Assembly (NCBI RefSeq): GCF_004010195.1
Contig: NC_057718.1
Location: forward strand, 86,543,514 to 86,607,513
Origin: Chiloscyllium plagiosum
Lineage: Eukaryota
Reading direction: 5' to 3'
Length of the DNA: 64,000 nucleotides
Shown here: positions 56,901-64,000 of the stretch, piece by piece
Position numbering within the stretch: the stretch's first letter is position 1
How the letters are laid out: the number at the start of each line of letters is the position of its first letter
The notes under the pieces: generated by a model
What the model saw: the letters and a program-made list of their open reading frames with translations, nothing else
Told to the model about the DNA's origin: nothing
Databases searched by the model: none
Made by a program: the position numbers and the translations under genes

Positions 56901-58283
56901 CTTGACGTGTATCTGCTCTCTTATTTGAGAGAAACAACTTGCAATGGTTTAACTCCAGGGTCACCATGCCTCAGGTGAGGCAAGAGCTTGAGGAGGACAG
57001 TCCTTCATGGTAACCTCATCCAGTGTGGGAACTGAACCCACAATGTCAGAATCATTTTGCATCACAAGTCAGCCATCCAGCCAGCTGAGCTAACTGACCA
57101 CAATACTGATGGCAGTGACGATCAGTGCACCAGGGGATCTTTCTCTGGGGTATGAGCAGAGAGATTAGAGTTGAAAGCATAAATGACACAATCCTTTCAA
57201 CATTACACTGGGATGACAGCCAAGACTACACATTCAATTGAAATTTTGTTTAAAAGCTCAACATAAAAGAATTCAGCAATCTAAATAACTGAATAATAAA
57301 TTATCAATTGGATTAATTTCTGAAAAGGTAAAATTGCAGGGCTAGCAAAACGGTTAGGGTCTTACATTAGATGGATTATCAGGTGAGCAGTTATTAAGGC
57401 ACACCAGAGCTGGCCCTTGCAGCATTCAGTAAGGTGAGAGCTGGCCTGGATTCTGGCATCAACTGTACTGACAAAGGGGTCACTGGACTGAACCGTTTTT
57501 TTTCTCTCTGGACTGATGATGCCAGCCCCGGTGAATTTCAACAGCACTTTCCGTTTTTGTTTCGGACTGCCAGCATGTGCAGTTCCTTGTCTTTTTTTAA
57601 AAAGAAAATACATCACTCGGCTTTCCCTCCCTGCTCCCCCACAACGGATGAAAATCCTGTCTACCTCAGCCTTGAAGACGGCCATCAGCGAGAGAGTGAC
57701 CCAGCCCCTCTCCCCGCAGGGCTGTTTCTGATCACACGGTGAAAGCTGCTGTTGACATCTGACAGCTCTGCAATGGTCAGCGCATTTTTTTAAATATAAA
57801 GGGAAGGAGACCACTTTGATCTTAACTCTCGCCCCCCCCCCCCTCCCGGGCTGCACCGCAGGGTCGGTGCGTGTGTGGGGGGGGGGGTAGGGTGGGAGCT
57901 GCCACCCACCTCCTGCCCGTCTCCCCGGGAGACGGCAGGGATCCTCGCCCTGCCCCCACCCTTCCAGCAGCCGGCCACCGCCCCCCTTTCTGGGATTGCC
58001 GCCCGGCAGGGAGCCGGCGCAGTGCTCCGGTGAGCTTCTGCCGGCCGGACGCGGTGTGGTGTGGTGTGGTGTGGTATCTCTTCCCCCACCCCCCCGGGCG
58101 GGCAGGCAGGCACTCACTCCGCAGGTTGTTGACGAGCTCCGCTTGGCTCTCTCCGCCGCACTTCCAGGCCATCCTCTGACACAGCGCGCGCAGCAGGTAC
58201 AGGGCCGCCGTCAGCAACACGCCTGCGCACACCGCTCTACCCACAATGCTGATCACCTCCAGCGCGTCGCCGCCGGCCTCCAT
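23797..58283 (-). CDS. PCMT1: Protein-L-isoaspartate(D-aspartate) O-methyltransferase (PIMT), 7 coding exons, RWK-ending isoform; 227 aa from ATG 58172, 264 aa from ATG 58283
   Basis: Hand-spliced coding exons of 55(166)/105/32/105/121/86/180 nt total 684 nt from MAWK with consistent phases. Translation contains [13 protein letters not shown] motif [21 protein letters not shown] and [12 protein letters not shown]. Orthologue versus paralogue status is not settled. Confidence 0.96.
23979..24288 (-). promoter_or_regulatory. AG-exclusion zone with distant branch point for exon 7
   Basis: No AG on the sense strand for ~310 nt upstream of the acceptor; tctctAAt (branch A ~24256) followed by a long pyrimidine tract with (CT)n/(CTCG)n. 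Confidence 0.7.
24365..24690 (+). mobile_element. Deu-domain SINE (SacSINE1/AmnSINE1-like)
   Basis: gtgcagtactcaggga...cactgttggagg, ctcaggtg, gtgtcctggttaatacttatcc, tatcacattgctatttgcgga match the Deu core as recalled. Confidence 0.7.
25502..25834 (-). mobile_element. HE1 V-SINE, full length
   Basis: Box A/B head, V-domain, (TCTAA)n tail. Confidence 0.93.
26213..26298 (-). CDS. PCMT1: PCMT1 exon 6 ([29 protein letters not shown])
   Basis: Acceptor ttgttcatag|, donor GCA|gtaagt, 86 nt. Confidence 0.96.
26576..26696 (-). CDS. PCMT1: PCMT1 exon 5 ([40 protein letters not shown])
   Basis: Acceptor ttttatccag|, donor G|gtgagt, 121 nt. Confidence 0.96.
28208..29913 (+). mobile_element. CR1 element with 5' UTR, partial ORF1 and ORF2 3' end (internally deleted)
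   Basis: ORF1 CTSC...CHKC zinc finger, coiled coil and SGNH esterase [10 protein letters not shown]...CFPGA; jumps at ~29465 to ORF2 [16 protein letters not shown]; tail ttctatgactcta. Confidence 0.9.
28416..28490. repeat. (GGGAAA)n plus (GA)n microsatellite
   Basis: About 8 GGGAAA units, then a GA run. Confidence 0.95.
29916..29935. repeat. Poly-G run (~20 nt)
   Basis: Directly visible after the CR1 tail. Confidence 0.9.
30352..30456 (-). CDS. PCMT1: PCMT1 exon 4 ([35 protein letters not shown])
   Basis: Acceptor gttctcgcag|, donor ATG|gtaagt, 105 nt; SAM-binding motif I; absent from the ORF track. Confidence 0.96.
32770..33181 (+). mobile_element. Penelope (Neptune-type) 3' fragment
   Basis: [27 protein letters not shown]-terminus, pyrimidine-rich spacer, decayed hammerhead ~33053-33089. 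Confidence 0.8.
33793..35706 (+). mobile_element. pogo/Tc2 (POGK-like) DNA transposon fossil with TIRs
   Basis: [11 protein letters not shown] (Brinker-like DBD), [12 protein letters not shown] (CENP-B HTH), NMDKTP...TTGHEK...TKLKP (DDE_1). Imperfect TIRs cctttatatactttttgtaa (33793-33812) and ttacacaagtatatatgg|TA (35689-35706). Confidence 0.88.
37471..37501 (+). promoter_or_regulatory. Putative CTCF site with upstream motif
   Basis: AGCAATACT-N8-CCACCAGAGGGTGG resembles the CTCF U-motif plus core CCASYAGRKGGCRS. Confidence 0.45.
39638..39669 (-). CDS. PCMT1: PCMT1 exon 3, 32 nt ([11 protein letters not shown])
   Basis: Acceptor ttgttttatag|, donor ATG|gtaagt; absent from the ORF track. 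Confidence 0.95.
40588..40897 (-). mobile_element. HE1 V-SINE, full length
   Basis: Same head, V-domain and tail as 12382-12700. Confidence 0.93.
43196..43427. mobile_element. Short palindromic Penelope-derived insertion with hammerhead core and 8-bp TSD
   Basis: Inverted arms 43194-43385; TGGCGGTG at 43188-43195 and 43428-43435. Confidence 0.8.
43289..43327 (+). ncRNA. Minimal hammerhead ribozyme motif (palindrome mutated)
   Basis: AGCT-CTGATGA-A-GAGTC atctc GACTC-GAAACATT-AGCT. Confidence 0.6.
44606..44710 (-). CDS. PCMT1: PCMT1 exon 2 ([36 protein letters not shown])
   Basis: Acceptor tcttttacag|, donor G|gtaagc, 105 nt. Confidence 0.96.
45411..46969. repeat. 49-bp direct repeat pair (45411-45459 and 46921-46969)
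   Basis: 47/49 identical, exactly 1510 nt apart. Confidence 0.9.
48190..49070 (-). mobile_element. Two adjacent CR1 3' fragments
   Basis: [25 protein letters not shown] and [20 protein letters not shown]. Confidence 0.9.
49998..52573 (+). mobile_element. Penelope (Poseidon-type) element with inverted terminal segment
   Basis: Plus 50705-52573: [42 protein letters not shown] (GIY-YIG). 49998-50704 is the reverse complement of the 3' ~680 nt. Confidence 0.92.
52670..53000 (-). mobile_element. HE1-like V-SINE (older copy)
   Basis: TGGCTCAGTGG head and V-domain. Confidence 0.85.
53633..53972 (-). mobile_element. CR1/HER1 3' fragment
   Basis: Reverse complement of 1350-1735 with an internal deletion. 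Confidence 0.9.
54990..55870 (+). mobile_element. Penelope (Neptune-type) 3' part with CA-rich spacer and hammerhead
   Basis: EHFSGPG...EQRLIAKF...GLN GIY-YIG end; hammerhead core at 55787-55815. Confidence 0.85.
55784..55818 (+). ncRNA. Minimal hammerhead ribozyme motif
   Basis: CAC-CTGATGA-A-GGAG cagca CTCC-GAA-AGCT-T-GTG. Confidence 0.65.
55885..56150 (+). mobile_element. Degenerate Deu-domain SINE
   Basis: Colinear similarity to 24430-24690. Confidence 0.55.
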
Positions 58284-58700
58284 TACGTCACGGCCCGAGA
58301 AGGCCCGCCCACTGCGCCTGAGGATCTGGGGTGGTGGGGGTGGGAGAGGCAACCGATTAATTAAAATCACAGCGGCCGAGTGCACCGCCCAGCCCGCAGA
58401 CTCTTCACTCGATCAGGGGACGATGCAGCACTCTTCAAGCGGTCACCGCTCCGCGAGATTTAGAAGTCCCGAAATGCCATTTCGATGCAAAACCGAGACG
58501 CAAATCCCTCTTTAGTGATTAAGGAGGATTAGGCGGGGATTGTCTTTGGTACAGGCCAGCCATTGATTACAACAACCCCCACGTGATGGGGGTGGAAAGG
58601 GCGGAGAGCAATGTGGCTCCTGTTCCCAAATCTAAATATAACCCCCAGTATCGATGCACGGCCCGATGTTGGCAACGACGGCCGCCTGTGGCATTGCACT
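57790..58700 (-). promoter_or_regulatory. CpG island / PCMT1 promoter and first exon
   Basis: Only GC- and CpG-rich stretch in the window; GC box GGGCGG 58599-58604, E-box CACGTG 58580-58585, CRE-like TGACGTAA abutting the upstream ATG (58290-58283). Confidence 0.85.
58118..58283 (-). CDS. PCMT1: PCMT1 exon 1 coding part (MEAGG...[22 protein letters not shown])
   Basis: ATG at 58283 (GTAatgG) and canonical ATG at 58172 (AGGatgG) are in frame; donor A|GTGAGT at 58117-58112, phase 1. Confidence 0.93.
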
Positions 58701-59450
58701 AGAGCATATCATGGACATCAGCAGACCACCCGTGGCATTGCACCAGAACCTACCACTAACATCAGCAGACCACCCGTGGCATTGCATTAAAACATGTCAT
58801 GAACATCAGCACCAGAACCTATCACTAACATCACCAGACCACCTGTGGCATTGCACTAGAGCACATCATTAACATCACCAGACTGACTGTGGCATTGCAC
58901 TAGAGCATATCATTATCAGCAGACTGCCTGTGGCGTTACAGTAGAACTTACCACTAACATGAGCAGACCACCTATAGCATTGCATTAGAATATATCGATA
59001 TCACCAGATCGCCTGTGACATTGCAGTAGAACATATTATTAACACCAGCAGACCACCCGTGTCATTGACATATAATTAACATCAGCCAGCCGCCCATGGC
59101 ATTGCACTACAATATATCACTAATATTTGCAGACCACCCATGGCATTGCACAAGGGGTGTATCATTAATATCAGCAGACTGCACTTGGCATTATACCAGG
59201 AACATATTAGAGATCCACCCGTGGCATTGCACAAATGAGTTGTTCCTGTGAATTGACCTCCAGTGGCATTCATATCAGCTGCCTTTTTTTGGCATGGTAT
59301 CAAGTGTGCAATATTAATATGCATAGACCACTTGTAACCTTGCAGCAGGAATATAATATGAATATCAACTGCCTTCCTCCAGCATTGCACTAGGTGCTTA
59401 ATGTTAATATCAAATTACCGTCTGTGGAATCACAGCAGGCATATCATTTT
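58687..59450. repeat. ~44-bp degenerate minisatellite, about 13-16 units
   Basis: Unit approx. GTGGCATTGCACTAGAACATATCATTAACATCAGCAGACCACCC, recurring at 58688, 58732, 58776, 58845, 58889, 58930... and decaying distally. Confidence 0.9.
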
Positions 59451-59904
59451 AATTTAAGCTGACCACTGAGCATTTTGCTGTGCAAATGACATGAATGCCA
59501 ACTGACTTCTTGTGCCTTAGCTTCAGCCTCCTAATAGTAATAAGCTGACCTCCTATGGAAATGTGTAAAATATTAAAGCAAACTAACCTATTTTTGTCAA
59601 AAAGCGTGGTGTTGGACAGCTGGTCAGGCAGCAACCAAGGAGCAGGAGAGTCAATGTTTAAAGCATAAGCTCTTCATCAGGAATGACCTATTTTTCTGCA
59701 TTGGAAGCAATGGGCCAAAATATGCTGTTGCTGAAGCTCATCATTTCTTTGAATTGCCTTTATCCATTTAATTTCTATTACTGAAAGTTGCCTTAAGCCA
59801 GGGATTCAAATCTCAGTCTCAAGTATCCGGAACTTGGATGGCCAGAGAAAGCGACAGTTTGTCTGCTTAAACAAACAGATTAAAGTATTGTTATTGAATA
59901 ATGC

Positions 59905-60172
59905 ACTCCCAGCAACACTCCCCAGAACCTTCCCATTAAGTGTATAAGTCCTGCTCTGATTTGCCTTTCCAAAATGCAGTACCTCACATTTATCTAAATT
60001 ATATTCCATCTGACACTCTTCAGCCCATTGGTCTATGTGATCAAGATATTATTGTACTCTGAGGTAACCTTCTTCGCTGTCCAGTACACCTCCAATTTTC
60101 ATGTCATCTGCATCGCTTCCTACGTTCCCATTCAAATCATTTTATAAATGATGAAAAGCTGTGGACCCAGCA
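59905..60172 (-). mobile_element. CR1 RT fragment
   Basis: MEYNLDKCEVLHFGKAN; homologous to 740-1010. Confidence 0.88.
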
Positions 60173-60420
60173 GTGAACATTAATTTAAAACAATTTGATA
60201 TAGGAGTTTTTAGTGATAGAGATTTTATAGTTTAGAACTAATTGCATTATTACAGAAATAGACAAGACCTCACAATTTTCTGAGGACTTTAGTCCATATC
60301 TATTGTGAGTTTTAGGTTATAATTTAAACTCAAATCCCAATATGAATTTGTTAATTTGAGATGTCAAGTCAATAGGGGACAGACTGGTGCAGTAACTCAG
60401 AAAACTTTACTTAAGTTAAT

Positions 60421-61031
60421 CGTTATGAATCAACCCCTAAAAGAAAGTAGCCCAGACCCTAACTTTGCTAGTTGTCTTAAGCAAGTGCAATGCAGATATT
60501 CCAGGAGGGTTGGAGTTGGCCAAACCATGTAGTTTTAAACAACCAAAATTTATTTACAAGATTACCAAATGAAAAAGAAACAAAATAGAACAGAATACTG
60601 AATAACGTAACCTATCCGAAAATCCAACAGATCATCCCAACTTAATGATGTTGTTCCAAATACTTGCAACAATCCCCAATAACACCCCTTGGCACAAAAG
60701 AAAATATCAAACACAGGGTCTTACGGGAAAGATGTTATACAGAGAGTACTAACATGGACCTGCTTCTTTGGATCCAGCAGCTTCAAAACTGGTTTGGTTT
60801 GCCCAAACCAAACCAGAGAAAAGCTAAGCTGGGAGAACTGGCCACTCTCCTTTCATTGTGCAGATGTTTTTTAAACTCAAAACCTTTTGCCTGAGGCAGT
60901 ATCTGTTAGCTCTAATCAAATTAGCCCTAAAACCCTTCAACCCCAGACTTTTTGGAGCCTGTTTCTCTTATGGCCTCTCTGAAAACACAACAAGGACAAG
61001 ATAACCTTATTAAAGGAGCAGCAGCATCACA
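60421..61031 (-). mobile_element. Solo LTR with 4-bp TSD
   Basis: Minus strand TGTGA...CATAACG ends, internal AATAAA (~60550), TAAT on both flanks (60417-60420, 61032-61035). Confidence 0.65.
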
Positions 61032-61483
61032 TAATACACATCAAAGAAGGACAATTACTTTACATGTGTAATATGGTTTCCTTAATTCCTTGTCATTATG
61101 CAAAGGACTACCTTCCTTACTAACCAATTATTGTCTCCTTATGACATTTTGATCATTTGAAATGTTCTTTAAACCTTTGTTTGGAAAAAAAGAGAGCATA
61201 TGCTGTAAGGATTAATACTTTTGGACATGTGTGAAACTTCACATAATCTTCATCATAAAATTCAAAATAATTCCTTGATAAGGACTAATGAACTGGGAGG
61301 ATACCAATTCTGTCTTAACGAACCTTGGAAGTCTGAATGTTCACACACTTGTGAAATTGAAATAAGTTACACAGGTCTCATCCTTGTATTTGTAAATCTA
61401 AAGCAATAGCATATTCTCTTCAGTCTGTTCACAATTCCACGGTGCATTTCTTTGTAAATTGAGGTTAAGCAGAATCAAGCTGT

Positions 61484-61519
61484 AATCCTGATGAAGGGCT
61501 TTTGCCCGAAACGTCGATT
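61484..61519 (+). ncRNA. Minimal type-I hammerhead ribozyme motif (Penelope-derived)
   Basis: AATC-CTGATGA-A-GGGC TTTT GCCC-GAA-ACGT-C-GATT: helix I AAUC/GAUU, helix II 4 bp, palindromic ACGU in place of helix III, GUC cleavage triplet. Confidence 0.75.
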
Positions 61520-62157
61520 TTACTGCTCTTCGGATGCTGCCTGAACTGCTGTGCTTTTCCAGCACCACGCTAATCTAGAATCACATGATATTCAAGTTCT
61601 AAAATCTACATTGGTTATAGTGAAACGGAATCATATAATATTAATTAATGAGCATTGTGTGATTACAACTAAACTAAATCAAACATAAGATGTTGACTTC
61701 CTCACTTTTTTTGTTGTGTTGCCATTGTCTTATCAGATCATAGGGCTGCTCTATCATGAGAGGAGATGACTGGTGGTTATTTAACCTGAGGCCCACCCAA
61801 TCACAGGCAAGGGGAGAGGTTGAAAGGAGATTCCTTCATGATAACCTCAACTAATAATGGAAGTTGAGTCCATGCTTTTGCCATCTCACTGCTTTGCAAC
61901 CAATCATCCAACCAACTGGACTAAACCAACCCACAATTTCCCTACTAATCAAACACTATCATGCAAGTATACCAATGTAATTTCATTCAATATACATGAA
62001 CAAGCAAACCACGTCCACATAGTCTATGCACCATGATATATTTCAGGCACAAATATAGACATTTTTGTTTTTATTGCCCATCTGTGCTTACCTGAAATTT
62101 CTGTCTAATACATGCATCATAAGGAGGGGCATCATTAGGCTCACCATTATTTTTAAC

Positions 62158-64000
62158 CGTAATTTTTGGCCTAATATTTTGAGATGACAGATAGTAATTA
62201 AGTGCACGTTAAAAAGGGGAAATTAACTGGGCTATTGCCTAGTCACATGGTTCAGTGACACAAAGAAGGCAGAAATATCATGAGTTGGTCAGTCAGTCTG
62301 TGTGTCGGCATGTGAAACAGTAGAAGCTGAAGTGTTAGACTCTCATGTCAGAATTCCTGGGAAAACTGCTGGAAATTGAGTTCAGGGAACTTGTCTGTTG
62401 GCTCTGAAGTTAAAGTGGTAATGAGAATAGGTGTCTCAGGGAGAAATATTAGATGTAATAACAAATTACCTAGTGAATAGGATAAATAGATAAAGTCTTT
62501 TCCCTGGGGTGGGGGAGTCCAGAACTAGAGGGCATAGGTTTAGGGGGAGAAAAAGATATAAAGGAGACCTAATGGCAGCTTTTTCACGCTGAGGGTGATA
62601 CGTGTATGGAATGAGCTGCCAGAGAAAGTTGTGAAGGCTGGTACAATTGCAACATTTAAAAGGCATTTGGATGGGTATATGAATAGGAAGGGTTGGAGGG
62701 ATATGGGCCAGGTGCTGGCAGGTGGGACTAGATTGGGTTGGGATATCTGGTCGGCATGGACGGATTGGACCAAAGGGTCTGTTTCCGTGCTGTATATCTC
62801 TTTGACTCTATGAATGCCCAGAAAGTTACCAAAAGGAAACCGATTGCTGTTGCATTGGCTAAGAAAGGAGTGTCAGTGGAGGAGTGTGGAGATCATGGAA
62901 ACTCTTCTCTGAAGGTTAGTTAAGGATATTGCAAAGTACAAAAAAATGTAGTGAGATCTTAATCCTGCTCTTTTGTATGTAATAAAATCTTTCCAGCGAT
63001 TACGTCTGGTATAACATAGTTCATGCTTTTCGTGTTCAATGTTTTATTCAATGCATTGAAGGTACAATAGTAGACTCTTGTGAATGAGCTAACAGGCTTA
63101 TGGCTAGATAAAAACAAGGTATGAGTCTAACAAGTCGTGTTTAGTCTGGGACCTGGCTTGCCCAGAATTAACATCAGCTGGTATCATAATGACATGGGGT
63201 CACCTTCCAGCATCAAACATTCTTGAATTTAAGGGATCTGTGAATTCTCAAAGGTACAGCTATGTGGAAGTGCTGGGTATATGAATAGATGTTGCATTGA
63301 ATTATATTACATGGGTTGGGATTATAAATGCCTTTGACTCTTCCCAAAACTTTTCTGAGTAGATGATATTTTGAAATATTTGACTATTGTTAACCATAGC
63401 AAGTTAGCAGACAAATTATGGGTAGATATAAAAGCAGGATTTCATAATGAAGATATGATTAAAGTGATTGCCCAGTCCTTACAAGTAAAGAGAGAGAAAC
63501 CCGAAAGTGATAGAATTAGCTAAGATTCAGTTACAAATGAAAGAACCTGAATTGGAGGTAAAGAAAGAAAATTTAAAAATCTTGAATTCAAGGAAAAGAG
63601 AAGAACAGAGAAGTGAAAAGCGAAGAGACAAATGAGGGAAAATGAAAAAGAAATGGAAATAAGAAAGCTCGAATTAACAAAAAAAAAAGAAGAAAGACAA
63701 GAATGGAGCAATGGAAAGGGAAACGCCATCAAAAATGTGAACTCCAGCGAGGGAGTTTTTGGGTAACATAAAGTAGCTGGAGAAAAGTTTAGAGTAGCAA
63801 AAGAAAGAAAACTTTGGACACAATTCCCCTAATGTTTGAATGGTATGAGCAATGGTGAAAATTTGGGAGGATACAATAAACTTGCATCTCGATATCAAGA
63901 TACGAAAAGTCTGATTTTCCTCTTAAAGTTTCAATGTATAGATTATAATCATCAGTAAATAGAAAGAACGTTATTTCCACACATTTGCATCACATTACTA
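62158..64000 (+). mobile_element. Possible LTR plus gag remnant of a Gypsy (Gmr1-like) element, interrupted by CR1
   Basis: LTR-like end ...gtatcataa near 63190, then a decayed E/K/R-rich coiled-coil frame (RENEKEMEIRKLEL); weak evidence. Confidence 0.35.
62470..62812 (+). mobile_element. CR1/HER1 3' fragment
   Basis: [26 protein letters not shown] plus tail. Confidence 0.92.

Noticed and set aside
57362..58515. Several long overlapping ORFs (up to 251 aa)
   Set aside because: Stop-poor GC-rich CpG island; only 58283-58118 is supported by homology and a splice donor.
58687..59450. Repeat array superficially like CRISPR
   Set aside because: Units are wholly homologous with no unique spacers, the context is vertebrate and there are no cas genes; it is a minisatellite.

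Overview
Vertebrate genomic DNA, almost certainly an elasmobranch (shark): it carries HE1/V-SINEs, HER1/CR1 LINEs, Deu-SINEs and Penelope-like elements. The window holds one protein-coding gene, on the minus strand: a PCMT1-type protein-L-isoaspartate O-methyltransferase. Its seven coding exons (58283/58172-58118, 44710-44606, 39669-39638, 30456-30352, 26696-26576, 26298-26213, 23976-23797) have canonical GT-AG sites and splice into an uninterrupted 227-aa core ending ...RWK*. Features not visible in the ORF track: (i) a distant terminal exon at 6000->~5215 that gives an alternative KDEL-like C-terminus, RDEM*; (ii) an in-frame upstream ATG adding a 37-aa hydrophobic N-terminal extension. Together these suggest cytosolic versus ER/membrane isoforms of a protein-repair enzyme. 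Exon 7 has a ~310-nt AG-free acceptor region with a distant branch point. A GLI-motif-rich ~44-bp minisatellite lies just upstream of the CpG-island promoter. Introns are filled with decayed TEs (CR1, Rex/Babar, Gypsy, pogo/Tc2, probable hAT, Penelope), many Penelope remnants carrying minimal hammerhead-ribozyme cores. Comparisons with human PCMT1 are from memory and need confirmation by alignment.
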